NCBI RefSeq assembly: GCF_032116555.1
Contig: NZ_CP134949.1
Coordinates: forward strand, 1,364,001 to 1,428,000
Source of the DNA: Halorarum halobium
GTDB taxonomy: Archaea; Halobacteriota; Halobacteria; Halobacteriales; Haloferacaceae
Length of the DNA stretch: 64,000 nucleotides
Direction of reading: 5' to 3'
Shown: in pieces, positions 28,530 through 38,293 of the stretch
How the letters are laid out: each line of letters opens with the position of its first letter
Position numbering within the stretch: position 1 is the first letter of the stretch
The notes under the pieces: generated by a model
What the model saw: only the letters and a program-made list of their open reading frames with translations
What the model was told of the DNA's origin: nothing
The model's database searches: none
Made by a program: the position numbers and the translations under genes

Positions 28530-30404
28530 TCAGTACGACCGGATCTTCGGCTCGTACTCCTTCTCCTCGCCCTCGAGGATGACCGGGCGGTACCACAGCT
28601 GTGGCGTGCCGTCGTTCCAGGACAACAGCGTGTGCTTTAGCCACTCGTCGTCGTTGCGCTCCTGGAACTCCGCGCGCCAGTGTGCGCCGCGGAACTCCTC
28701 GCGGGCGAGCGCGCCGAGCGTGATCGCCTCGGCCAGATCGAGGATGTTGCGCGTCTCGATCGTCTGGATGAGGTCGGTGTTGAACGTGCGCGAGGGGTCC
28801 TTCACGAACACGTCCTCGTAGCGCTCGCGCGCCTCGCGGACGTCCCGGAGCGACTGCTTCAGCCCCGCCTCCTCGCGGAACACGTTCACGTTCGCGGTCA
28901 TCGACTCCTGGACGTCCGCACGGATCTCGGCGTGCTGGATGCCCTCGTCCTTCTCGAGCAGTTCCTGCACGCGCTCGCGCTCGGTCTCGACCGCCCGTTC
29001 GAGCACGTCGTCGCCCCCGACCGCGGCCGCGTCGGACTCCGTCGCCACGCCGCCGTCGGCCGTGGCGTCGTCCCCGGTCGCCTCGTCCTCGACGCCGGGC
29101 CCCCCGACGGCGCCCGGTTCGACGGGCGTGTCGACCTCACCGAGTTCGTACTCGCCGCGCTGGCCGGTCTCGATCTCGGCCTCGCCCAGATCCTTCCCTG
29201 CCGCGTGCTGGCCGGCGCGCTTGCCGAAGACGATGAGCTCCGGCAGCGCGTTGCCGCCGAGGCGGTTCGACCCGTGGACCGAGGCGCAGGCGCACTCGCC
29301 GGCCGCGTACAGCCCCGAAATACAGGTCTCGCCGTTCTCGTCGGTCTCGATGCCGCCCATCGCGTAGTGCTGGCCGGGCTTGACCGGCATCGGCTCCTCC
29401 AGCCCGTCGACGCCCTCGAAGTCCTCGGCGAGGTGGAGGATGTTCTCCAGGCGGTCGATGATGCGCTCCTCGCCGAGGTGGCGCATGTCGAGGTGGACGT
29501 ACTCGTCCTCGATGCCGCGCCCCGCGTTCACCTCGCTCAACTCGGCGCGGGCGACCACGTCCCGTGAGGCGAGTTCGCCGTCGTTGCTGGCGTAGCCGTA
29601 CTCGAACATGAACCGCTCGCCCTCCGCGTTGTAGAGGATGCCGCCCTCGCCGCGGACGCCCTCGGAGATGAGCACGCCCGTGCTGGGCAGGCTCGTCGGG
29701 TGGAACTGGACGAACTCCATGTCCTCCATCGGGACGCCGGCGCGGTAGGCCATCGCCACGCCGTCGCCGGTGTTGGAGACGGCGTTGGTGGTGTGATCGA
29801 ACACCTGCCCGGGGCCGCCGGTCGCCAGGATGACGCCGTCGTTCGCGCGGAAGCCCGACAGCTCGCCGCTCTGGATGTCGTAGGCGACGACGCCGTGGCA
29901 GCTCCGCTCGGTCGGGTCTTCCTCGTCGGTGACCGCGAGGTTCGAGACGTACCACTCGTCGTAGACGGTGACGCCCCGCTTGACGAGCTGCTCGTACATC
30001 GTGTGGAGCAGCTGGTGGCCGGTTTCCGCGCCGGCGTAGGTGGTGCGGGGGAACGAGAGGCCGCCGAACGGTCGCTGGGAGACGCGGCCGTCCTCGTCCC
30101 GCGAGAAGGCCATGCCCCAGTGTTCGAGCTGGATGACCTCCTCGGGCGAGTCCTGACAGAGCGTCTCGATTGCGGGGGCGTCCCCGAGGTAGTCCGAGCC
30201 CTTCATCGTGTCGTAGGCGTGGTCCTCCCAGGAGTCGCCCTCGCGCAGCGCGGCGTTGATGCCGCCCTCGGCCGCCCCGGTGTGGCTTCGCACCGGGTGT
30301 AGCTTCGAGACGATGGCAACGTCCGCGCCCTCCTCCTGGGCGGCGATGGCAGCGCGGAGCCCCGCGCCGCCTGCGCCGACCACGATGACGTCGTGTTCGT
30401 ACAT
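28530..30404 (-). CDS. sdhA: Succinate dehydrogenase flavoprotein subunit
   Basis: GAGGAG, RSHTGAAEGG, QFHPT, SEGVRGEGG, HGSNRLGGN. Confidence 0.95.
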   Translation of the reverse strand: MYEHDVIVVGAGGAGLRAAIAAQEEGADVAIVSKLHPVRSHTGAAEGGINAALREGDSWEDHAYDTMKGSDYLGDAPAIETLCQDSPEEVIQLEHWGMAFSRDEDGRVSQRPFGGLSFPRTTYAGAETGHQLLHTMYEQLVKRGVTVYDEWYVSNLAVTDEEDPTERSCHGVVAYDIQSGELSGFRANDGVILATGGPGQVFDHTTNAVSNTGDGVAMAYRAGVPMEDMEFVQFHPTSLPSTGVLISEGVRGEGGILYNAEGERFMFEYGYASNDGELASRDVVARAELSEVNAGRGIEDEYVHLDMRHLGEERIIDRLENILHLAEDFEGVDGLEEPMPVKPGQHYAMGGIETDENGETCISGLYAAGECACASVHGSNRLGGNALPELIVFGKRAGQHAAGKDLGEAEIETGQRGEYELGEVDTPVEPGAVGGPGVEDEATGDDATADGGVATESDAAAVGGDDVLERAVETERERVQELLEKDEGIQHAEIRADVQESMTANVNVFREEAGLKQSLRDVREARERYEDVFVKDPSRTFNTDLIQTIETRNILDLAEAITLGALAREEFRGAHWRAEFQERNDDEWLKHTLLSWNDGTPQLWYRPVILEGEEKEYEPKIRSY

Positions 30405-30442
30405 TGTGTGTGGTGTGTGTCGGTGGTGGAATTCGTCGGTCG

Positions 30443-31339
30443 TTACCAGAACTGCAGGTTGCTCTTGACGGCCTCGCGCTTCAGCTCCTGGATGTGCTCG
30501 GTGAGCGGGATGTCCTTCGGGCAGACCTCGGTACAGGAGAACTGGGTCTGACACCGCCAGACGCCGTGTTCCTGCTCGATGACGTTGAGCCGGTGTTCCT
30601 TCACGTCCTCGCCCTCGCGCTCGTCCATGGCAAAGCGGTACGCCTTGTTGATGGCCGCGGGGCCGAGATACTCGTTGTCGCCCGCGGCGATGTTACACGA
30701 GGACATGCAGGCGCCACACCAGATACAGCGCGTGGACATCTTCACCTTCTCGCGGTTCTCGGGCGTCTGCCGCTGCTCATCGAGTTCGCCGTCGGGCAGC
30801 TCGTTCGTCTGGAAGAACGGCTCGACGGCCTCCATCTGGTCGTAGAAGTGCTCCATGTCGACGACGAGGTCCTTGCGCACCTCGGCGTGCGGGAGCGGTT
30901 CGACGCGGACCGGGTCCTCGAGGTCCGAGAGCTGGGTCTTGCACCCGAGGCGCTGGCGACCGTTGATGAAGAACGCGTCAGACCCGCAGATCGCCTGCCG
31001 GCAGGAGTGCCGGAACGTGAGCGAGGAGTCGAACGTGTCCCGCGCGTGGATGAGCGCGTCGAGGACGGTCATCCCCTTCTCGAACGGGACGTGGAAGTCG
31101 TCGAAGCGGGGCTCCTGTTTCCCCTCCACCTCGGGGTCGTAGCGGAACACCTTGAGGTGGACCGTGTTCTCCTCGGCCGCGGCCTCCTCCTCGGCGGCCT
31201 CGCGCTCCCGCCGCTCGCGGGCGGCGCGGGCCTCGGCCTTCTTCTCCATCCGCGCCCGCTGGGCGGGCGGGAGCGACTCGGTCGGCTCCGTCTCGACCGC
31301 CTCGGTCTCCGATTCGGTGTCTGGAAGTTGCGTGCTCAT
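30443..31339 (-). CDS. sdhB: Succinate dehydrogenase Fe-S subunit
   Basis: SCRQAICGSD, CIWCGACMSSC, CQTQFSCTEVCP. Confidence 0.95.
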   Translation of the reverse strand: MSTQLPDTESETEAVETEPTESLPPAQRARMEKKAEARAARERREREAAEEEAAAEENTVHLKVFRYDPEVEGKQEPRFDDFHVPFEKGMTVLDALIHARDTFDSSLTFRHSCRQAICGSDAFFINGRQRLGCKTQLSDLEDPVRVEPLPHAEVRKDLVVDMEHFYDQMEAVEPFFQTNELPDGELDEQRQTPENREKVKMSTRCIWCGACMSSCNIAAGDNEYLGPAAINKAYRFAMDEREGEDVKEHRLNVIEQEHGVWRCQTQFSCTEVCPKDIPLTEHIQELKREAVKSNLQFW

Positions 31340-31341
31340 TG

Positions 31342-31713
31342 TTAGAACGTCGGGAAGCCGGCCCACGCGTTCGCGGTGCGGATCCCTTGCACGACGAGGA
31401 TCGCGCTAGCGAGCACGAGGACGTACTTGACGACCCGTTTCCTGGTTCCGGTAAGCCCCTGGTTGACGAGCGCGTTGTAGACGCCGTTCACGCCGTGGAA
31501 CGTCGCCGTCACGAGGAACAGCACCATCAGCGAGTAGTAGGTGAGATCCTGCATCCGGATGCTCGACGCCATGAACGTCACCTCGTCGGCGTGGTTCACG
31601 AAGTGGAGCAGGAAGAAGTGGAACGCGAGCACCACGACGAGGAACGCCGCGGTGATGCGCTGCCAGAGCCAGCGGCGGCCGCCGCGCTCGAACGAGGAGT
31701 AGCGCTCGGCCAT
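31342..31713 (-). CDS. sdhD: Succinate dehydrogenase membrane anchor
   Basis: WQRITA, FHGVNG, three TM segments. Confidence 0.9.
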   Translation of the reverse strand: MAERYSSFERGGRRWLWQRITAAFLVVVLAFHFFLLHFVNHADEVTFMASSIRMQDLTYYSLMVLFLVTATFHGVNGVYNALVNQGLTGTRKRVVKYVLVLASAILVVQGIRTANAWAGFPTF

Positions 31714-32108
31714 CAGCCGAACACCCCCGAGAGGAACGTCGGCACCGACGCCACGACGATCGCCCCCGTCAGCACCAGCGACGCGTAGAAGCTCCGGTCC
31801 TGTGCGTCGAGGCCGACCCCCAGGTCCACGAACAGCAGACGGACGCCGTTCAGGATGTGGAAGACGGCGACCGCGAGCAGCCCGATCTCGAGGAAGCGTA
31901 CGACGAGCAGCGACTCCAGCCCCTGGATCGTGGTCGTGTACGCCGCCTCGCTGGACGTCGCGGTACTCAACACGGCGATGTGGGTGAAGAGGTAGCCCAC
32001 GAGCACCCAGCCCGTGAACTTGTGGAACACCCAGGCCCACATGCCCGCCGAGAACTCCCGCCACCGGCCGAAGTCCTCGACGAGGCCCCTGTCGTACGAC
32101 TGGCTCAT
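31713..32108 (-). CDS. sdhC: Succinate dehydrogenase cytochrome b556 subunit
   Basis: FHKFTG and [10 protein letters not shown]. Confidence 0.9.
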   Translation of the reverse strand: MSQSYDRGLVEDFGRWREFSAGMWAWVFHKFTGWVLVGYLFTHIAVLSTATSSEAAYTTTIQGLESLLVVRFLEIGLLAVAVFHILNGVRLLFVDLGVGLDAQDRSFYASLVLTGAIVVASVPTFLSGVFG

Positions 32109-32242
32109 GCGTGGTCGTGGCTCGGTCCCAAGGGGGTATAGTAGTTACGTGTACGGCAGCGTGGGCGTGGGGTTGGAACCGTTCGCGGACGCGGTCCCGT
32201 CCCGCGCGACGTCGCGAACGCGTTCGCGGGTCGCCGACGCGG

Positions 32243-33268
32243 TCACGTTTCGCCCGTCCCGTTCGGCGACTGCTGGCGCTCGAGGACCCGGCGGGTGCGC
32301 TCGTCGAGTTCCACGAGGTGACACAGCGGGTTCCCCGGGTAGACGACCGGGTTCTCGAGCATTCCCACGAGCACGCCGGTGAACGGCGCCTCCACGCGAA
32401 CGGCGTCGTGCTTGAACGGGTCGCTGACGGTGCAGACGACGTCGCCCTCGTGGACGAGCGCGCCGCGGTCGAAGTGCATGTCCACGATGCCGCCGGCGTC
32501 CGCGCGGATCCACGTCTTCTCGCCCGACCCGGAGATGACCGTCCGCCAGCCGGGCCAGCGGACCGACCCCGTCTCCCGGAGGCCGAACTCCGCGAAGACG
32601 CTCAGGACGCCTTCGAGGGCGTCGTCGATGAGCGGGCGCTGGAACCGGTGGGCCTCGCCCATCTCCACGGTGATGGTCGGCGTGTCCACCGCGGCCGCCT
32701 CCACGCGCAACATCCCGGAACTCCCCTCGCTGTCGATGATGACGTTCGTCCCGTACGCGCGGGCGACCCGGGCGACCGCCGGATCGGACATGTCGGCGCG
32801 GACGTGGAGCATGTTCGTCCGACCCCGCGTCGAGGTGTGGAAGTCGAGGCCGATGTCGCAGGGTTCGATGAAGTTCCGGAAGATGCGGTCGGCCATCCGC
32901 TTGGCGCTCGTGGAGTCGGCCGCGCCAGGGAACGACCGGTTCAGGTCGCGGTCGTACACCGGCAGGTAGCGCTGCTGGGCGAGGAACCCGGGAACGTTCA
33001 ACACGGGCAGACAGACCAGCGTGCCCGCGAGGTCCGAGAGATCCCACTCGTGGGCGACCTCCCTGACCACCTCGATGCCGTTGAGTTCGTCGCCGTGTGC
33101 GGCCGCCGAGAGGAACGCCGTCGGCCCGTCGCGCTCGCCGTTGACGATCGTCACGGGGATCCTGACCGGGTCGCCGAGGTACGTCTCGCTCACCACGAAC
33201 CGCAGGTTCCGTCGCTCGCCGGGTTCCACCGTCCCCCCGTCGTAGGTGAACGCCCCGTCCTCGCTCAT
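32243..33268 (-). CDS. Succinylglutamate desuccinylase/aspartoacylase (M14-like) protein
   Basis: HGDELNG, DLNRSFPG, LDFHT, TVEMG. Confidence 0.9.
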   Translation of the reverse strand: MSEDGAFTYDGGTVEPGERRNLRFVVSETYLGDPVRIPVTIVNGERDGPTAFLSAAAHGDELNGIEVVREVAHEWDLSDLAGTLVCLPVLNVPGFLAQQRYLPVYDRDLNRSFPGAADSTSAKRMADRIFRNFIEPCDIGLDFHTSTRGRTNMLHVRADMSDPAVARVARAYGTNVIIDSEGSSGMLRVEAAAVDTPTITVEMGEAHRFQRPLIDDALEGVLSVFAEFGLRETGSVRWPGWRTVISGSGEKTWIRADAGGIVDMHFDRGALVHEGDVVCTVSDPFKHDAVRVEAPFTGVLVGMLENPVVYPGNPLCHLVELDERTRRVLERQQSPNGTGET

Positions 33269-33436
33269 ACCCGGAGGTGGACGGCGGATGGTAAAAAGGG
33301 TGCACGCCGGAACGACCCAGTCGTCCCGACGACGACGGTCGATCGGGAGTCGCTCCGTCCGGCGCGTGCCGTCCTCACAGCCCACGGGGGCCGATTCGAC
33401 CGGGACCTCTTTACTCGCGCCGAGTGACCGTTTCGT

Positions 33437-34795
33437 ATGGACGAGGACCCGGTTCGCGTGGGCGTGCTCGCGCTCCACACGAGCAAGGAGTCGAAGGCGA
33501 TCTGCAACGCGGTCGAGGACCTGGGACACGAGCCGGAGTGGCTGCGCGAGGAGAACGCGTCGGTCAGCATCGCGGAGGGCGCGGTCGAACTGGAGCCGGA
33601 CGTCGACGTGGTCGCCAACCGGATGCTGCTCTCGAACACCGAGGAGCCGGCCGAGGGCCTCGGGCTCGCGGGGACGTTCGCGCGGGCGCGGCCGACCCTG
33701 AACCCGCCCGAGGCGGTGCTCACCGCGGTCCACAAGTTCGCCACGGCGGTCGCGCTCTCGGAGGCGGGCATCCGCGTCCCGGATGCGCTGCTGGCGCTCT
33801 CGAACGCGCGGCTCAACGACGGCCGGGAGCGGTTCGCCCCCGAGGGCGTGTACAAGACCGCCATCGGCACCCACGGCGGCGGCACCTGGAAGCTGGACCT
33901 CCGCGAGCCGGTGAACCCGATGGTCGGCAAGCGGCAGGCGTTCCTGCAACAGCTCATCGACCGCGACGAGACGCGTCACCACGACACCCGCGTGTACGTC
34001 GTCGATGACGAGGTCGTCGGCGCGATGAACCGGTACGCCCCGGAGGGCGACTGGCGAACCAACGTCGCGCTCGGCGGCGACGTCGAGGACGCGACCGACT
34101 CGCTCCCCGGGGAAGCCCGCGAGATGGCGCTCGCGGCGACCGACACGGTCGGGCTCGACTACGCGGGCGTCGACCTCGTGCAGGGGTACGACGGCTGGTA
34201 CGTGCTCGAAGTCAACCCGACCGCGGGGTTCAAAGGGCTGTTCAGGGCGACGGGCCGCTCGCCCGCCCCTCACATCGCAAAGCTCGCCATCGAGCGCGGC
34301 GGCGGCAGCGTCGACGACGAGCGCGTCGCCGAACTGACCGCCGTGCTCGACGACTCGCGCCCCTCGTGCATGCCGTCGCTCGCCCAGCAGCGGCCGAAGG
34401 ACACGCCGCTGATCGGGTACATCGAGGAGGTCGTCGTCGCCGGCACCCGGGGCTCGACGCAGGCGTTCGCCAAGTCCGACACCGGCGCGACCCGCTCGTC
34501 GATCGACACGAAGCTCGCCGCCGAGATCGGCGCTGGCCCAATCAAGAGCATGACACGCGTGAAATCCGGGAGCGTCAAGCGCGGGAAGGCGCGTCCGGTC
34601 GTCGACCTCGTCATCGGCATCGGCGGCGACCAGCACACCGTCACCGCGAGCATCGAGGACCGCTCGCACATGGAGTACCCGCTGTTGCTCGGCCGGGACA
34701 TCCTTGAACACTACCGGGTCGACGTACGGCGTCGAGCGGACGAGTCCCGGAACCGCGAGCGCGACGAGGAGGAGGAGGAGACAGGCGAGGAGTAA
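33437..34795 (+). CDS. RimK-family ATP-grasp ligase fused to a retropepsin-like protease domain
   Basis: WRTNVALGG, GVDLV, LEVNPTAG; C-terminal AKSDTGATRSSID...DRSHMEYPLLLGR. Confidence 0.88.
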   Translation: MDEDPVRVGVLALHTSKESKAICNAVEDLGHEPEWLREENASVSIAEGAVELEPDVDVVANRMLLSNTEEPAEGLGLAGTFARARPTLNPPEAVLTAVHKFATAVALSEAGIRVPDALLALSNARLNDGRERFAPEGVYKTAIGTHGGGTWKLDLREPVNPMVGKRQAFLQQLIDRDETRHHDTRVYVVDDEVVGAMNRYAPEGDWRTNVALGGDVEDATDSLPGEAREMALAATDTVGLDYAGVDLVQGYDGWYVLEVNPTAGFKGLFRATGRSPAPHIAKLAIERGGGSVDDERVAELTAVLDDSRPSCMPSLAQQRPKDTPLIGYIEEVVVAGTRGSTQAFAKSDTGATRSSIDTKLAAEIGAGPIKSMTRVKSGSVKRGKARPVVDLVIGIGGDQHTVTASIEDRSHMEYPLLLGRDILEHYRVDVRRRADESRNRERDEEEEETGEE

Positions 34796-34890
34796 GCGGT
34801 CGAGGGTCGGCCTGCGGGCGAGCCCCATACCCGACATCGCAGCCGACCCGAAGACAGACCCCTTTTCCGTGCGCACCTCGACTCGCGAGC

Positions 34891-35085
34891 ATGGGCTTCG
34901 GTAGCTACGACGAATCCGAGCAGGAACGGAAGCAGTCAGGCGACGGCCCCGGCGACGAGGCGACCGTCGACGCACACGAGAACGAACACGAGGGGGAGAT
35001 GACGTTCGACACGGGCGCGTCGACCGACGACCTCGTCTCGAAGCTGCAGGAGATGAAGGACGACCCCGACGCGGACGAGGAGTGA
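34891..35085 (+). CDS. Small conserved haloarchaeal protein (DUF5786-like)
   Basis: MGFGSYDESEQ...HEGEMTFD. Confidence 0.75.
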   Translation: MGFGSYDESEQERKQSGDGPGDEATVDAHENEHEGEMTFDTGASTDDLVSKLQEMKDDPDADEE

Positions 35086-35145
35086 GGACGACGGATACCG
35101 GGAGGCTTTAGCCCCACAGCACCCTTCTCGCCATCGAACGGTACC

Positions 35146-35736
35146 ATGAACGACGACGCACACGACGTCCTGCGGGAGGACCCGGTGATGGCCGGGCTCA
35201 TCGAGCACCACGACCCGTTCTCCGAGGCCGACTGGTCGGAGTTCGAGCGGCTCTGCGTCTCCATCATCAATCAGCAGCTCTCGACGGCGAGCGCCGCGGC
35301 CGTGAAGGAGCGGGTGTTCGACCTGCTGGCCGGGGGAGTGACGCCGGATTCGGTGCTCGCGGCCGAGGACGCCGCGCTGCGCGAGGCGGGACTCTCCGAG
35401 ATGAAGGTCGAGTACCTTCGGAACGCCGCGCGGGCGTTCCAGGAGCGGGATTTCACCCGGGAGGGGCTGGCGGACCACTCGGACGCGGAGGTCGTCGAAC
35501 GCCTCACCGAGATCAAGGGCGTCGGCGACTGGACCGCGCGGATGTACCTGCTGTTCGTGCTCGAACGCGAGGACGTCTTGCCGCTCGGGGACCTCGCCGT
35601 CCGCCGCGGCATCGAACAGCTGTATGGCGACGGCGGCGAGCTCACCCGCGACGAGATGCGCGAGATCGCGGAGGCGTGGCGACCGTACCGCTCCGTGGCG
35701 ACGCGGTACATCTGGGCGGCCTACGAGTCCGCCTAG
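35146..35736 (+). CDS. alkA: DNA-3-methyladenine glycosylase II (HhH-GPD)
   Basis: SIINQQLS, IKGVGDWTA, LPLGDLAVRR, WRPYRSVA. Confidence 0.88.
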   Translation: MNDDAHDVLREDPVMAGLIEHHDPFSEADWSEFERLCVSIINQQLSTASAAAVKERVFDLLAGGVTPDSVLAAEDAALREAGLSEMKVEYLRNAARAFQERDFTREGLADHSDAEVVERLTEIKGVGDWTARMYLLFVLEREDVLPLGDLAVRRGIEQLYGDGGELTRDEMREIAEAWRPYRSVATRYIWAAYESA

Positions 35737-35913
35737 GAGTTCCTCGAACTGGTCCCTCTCTCGACGTTTCGGTCGCCATGGCACTTGAGCAACCGCCTAA
35801 CCGCGGCGTTTGGAGCCGACTATCGGGACGCAGGGGGCGCGTCGTGACCCGGCGTGATCGGAGGCGAGCGACTAACTTTGGGCGTCCGTCCCGAACCGGC
35901 TCGTGTCCTTGCG

Positions 35914-36081
35914 ATGACGACCGACCAACCGCGCCCGGACCCCGTCGAGGAGGGCTGGCGGGACCTCCCGCTGGACGGCCGGGTGGCGATCCAGATCTTC
36001 GCGTTCACCGAGAGCGGGGAGCTGTCGGCCGACGCCTGGGTCCACTCGACCCACTGGACCGATCCGGTTGCGAAGCGATAG
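35914..36081 (+). CDS. Small hypothetical protein (55 aa)
   Basis: Host-like codon usage; TATA-like aacttt at about 35875. Confidence 0.5.
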   Translation: MTTDQPRPDPVEEGWRDLPLDGRVAIQIFAFTESGELSADAWVHSTHWTDPVAKR

Positions 36082-36114
36082 CGCCCCGGGACGGCGCTCC
36101 GACGCCGGAACCGT

Positions 36115-36191
36115 GGAACGGCGACCCGATGAACGGGAACGGCGACCCCTGACAACGGGAACGCCGACCGGGAAAACGGGAACGGCAACCC
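36115..36191. repeat. Tandem repeat of GGAACG(G/C)C(G/A)ACC, 4 copies, 21-22 nt period
   Basis: Units at 36115, 36136, 36158 and 36179. Confidence 0.75.
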
Positions 36192-36263
36192 CGGTGAACG
36201 AGGTTTCTGTTCACGCGTGCGCGAGGGGAAACGTTGAATCCGGGCCCGTCCCACCCGCCTACC

Positions 36264-38240
36264 ATGGACGCATCAGACGTGGAGACGGTGGCCGTCCTCG
36301 GTGCCGGGAACATGGGGCACGGAATCGCCGAAGTCGCCGCGCTCGCCGGCTACGAGGTCCGGATGCGCGACATCAACGACGAGTTCGTTCAGGACGGCTA
36401 CGACCAGATCGAGTGGTCGCTGGGCAAGCTCGCCGAGAAGGACCAGCTCTCGGAGGGCGACGCGCAGGCCGCCCTCGACAGGGTCACGCCGCTGGTCGAC
36501 ATGGCGGAGACCCTCGAGGGCGCGGACCTCGTCATCGAGGCCGTCCCCGAGAAGATGGACATCAAGAAGGACGTGTACGACGACGTGGTGAAACACGCCG
36601 CGGCGGACGCCGTCTTCGCCTCCAACACGTCGAGCCTCTCGATCACGGAGCTCTCGGAGGTCACCGACCGGCCCGAGCGCTTCTGCGGGATGCACTTTTT
36701 CAACCCGCCGGTGCGGATGCAGCTCGTCGAGGTCATCTCGGGCGAACACACCGACGACGGCACCCTCGAACTCGTCGAGGACGTCGCCGAGGAGATGGGC
36801 AAGACGCCGGTCCGCGTCCGGAAGGACTCGCCCGGCTTCATCGTGAACCGCGTGCTCGTCCCGCTGATGAACGAGGCGGCCTGGATCGTCCACGGGGGCG
36901 ATGCGACGGTCGCGGAGGTCGACTCCACGGCCAAGTTCGACGTTGGGCTCCCGATGGGGAGCTTCGAACTCGCCGACCAGGTCGGCATCGACGTGGGCTA
37001 TCACGTGCTCGAGTACATGCACGACGTGCTCGGCGACGCCTACGAGCCGTGCCCGCTCCTGGCGGAGAAGGTCCAGAACGACGAACTCGGCAAGAAGACC
37101 GGCGAGGGCTTTTACGACTACGAGGACGGCGGCGTCGACATCCCCAACGACGCCGGCCGCGAGGACGTCACCCACCGCCTGCTGGCCGTGATGGCCAACG
37201 AGGTCGCCGGCCTGATCGGCAACGACGTCGCCGACGCCGACGCGATCGACCGCGCGGTCATGCTCGGCGCGGGCTTCCCCGACGGCCCCGCGAAGATGGC
37301 CGACGCCGCAGGCCTCGACACCCTGGTCGAGACCCTCGATGACCTCCACGAGGAGACGGGCGCGGCGCGCTACGAGGCGGCCGACTACCTCCGCGAACTC
37401 GCCGAGGCCGGGGAGGGCTTCCACGGCGGGAACGGGGACGGCGAGTCGGACCCGACGGAGTTCGACACGATCAGGCTGGAGCGTGACGGGAACGTCGGCC
37501 GCATCGTTCTCGATCGGCCCCACCGGATGAACACGGTGTCGGCGGAGATGCTCGAGGACCTCTCGGTCGCCATCGACCTGCTCGACGCGGACGAGGAGGT
37601 CCGATCGGTGCTCGTGACCGGCGAGGGCGAGCGCGCCTTCTCCGCGGGCGCGGACGTCCAGAGCATGGCCGCCGGCGGCGCGGACCCCATCGGCGCGGTC
37701 GAACTCTCCCGGCTCGGCCAGTCCACGTTCGGCAAGTTCGAGTTGGCCGACGTGCCGGTCGTCGCCGGCATCGACGGCTACTGTCTCGGCGGCGGGATGG
37801 AGTTCGCGACCTGCGCGGACATGCGTGTCGCCTCCGAGCGCTCGGAACTGGGCCAGCCCGAACACAACCTCGGCCTGCTGCCCGGCTGGGGCGGCACCCA
37901 GCGGCTGAGCAACATCGTGGGAGAGGGGCGCGCCAAGGAGATCATCTTCACCGCGGATCGGTACGAGGCCGGTGAGCTGGCCGAGTACGGCTTCATCAAC
38001 GAGGTCGTCCCCAACGAGCGGCTGGAGGAACGCGCGCTCGAACTGGCCCGCGACCTCGCCGCCGGCCCGCCGATCGCACAGCGCTACACGAAGCGCGCGA
38101 TGCTTCGCGGCCGCCACGACACCGACGCGGGACTGGAGATCGAAGCGCAGGCGTTCGGCCACCTCATGGGGACCGACGACCTGATGGAGGGCGTGACGGC
38201 GTTCATGTCCGACGAGGAGCCGGAGTTCGAGGGGAAGTAG
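36264..38240 (+). CDS. 3-hydroxyacyl-CoA dehydrogenase / enoyl-CoA hydratase fusion
   Basis: GAGNMGHG, SNTSSL, GMHFFNP, AFSAGAD, GGGMEFA, PGWGGTQRL. Confidence 0.93.
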   Translation: MDASDVETVAVLGAGNMGHGIAEVAALAGYEVRMRDINDEFVQDGYDQIEWSLGKLAEKDQLSEGDAQAALDRVTPLVDMAETLEGADLVIEAVPEKMDIKKDVYDDVVKHAAADAVFASNTSSLSITELSEVTDRPERFCGMHFFNPPVRMQLVEVISGEHTDDGTLELVEDVAEEMGKTPVRVRKDSPGFIVNRVLVPLMNEAAWIVHGGDATVAEVDSTAKFDVGLPMGSFELADQVGIDVGYHVLEYMHDVLGDAYEPCPLLAEKVQNDELGKKTGEGFYDYEDGGVDIPNDAGREDVTHRLLAVMANEVAGLIGNDVADADAIDRAVMLGAGFPDGPAKMADAAGLDTLVETLDDLHEETGAARYEAADYLRELAEAGEGFHGGNGDGESDPTEFDTIRLERDGNVGRIVLDRPHRMNTVSAEMLEDLSVAIDLLDADEEVRSVLVTGEGERAFSAGADVQSMAAGGADPIGAVELSRLGQSTFGKFELADVPVVAGIDGYCLGGGMEFATCADMRVASERSELGQPEHNLGLLPGWGGTQRLSNIVGEGRAKEIIFTADRYEAGELAEYGFINEVVPNERLEERALELARDLAAGPPIAQRYTKRAMLRGRHDTDAGLEIEAQAFGHLMGTDDLMEGVTAFMSDEEPEFEGK

Positions 38241-38293
38241 TCGAACGGTTCACCGAACGAACCTTTTGCGAGCGGCGGCGACTCGATGGTTCG

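Noticed and set aside
32205..32228. Overlapping perfect palindromes CGCGACGTCGCG and CGCGAACGCGTTCGCG
   Set aside because: CG-rich palindromes are common at this composition and nothing else supports a function
36115..36191. Possible mini-CRISPR array
   Set aside because: Period of 21-22 nt is too short, there are no unique 30-40 nt spacers, and no cas genes are present
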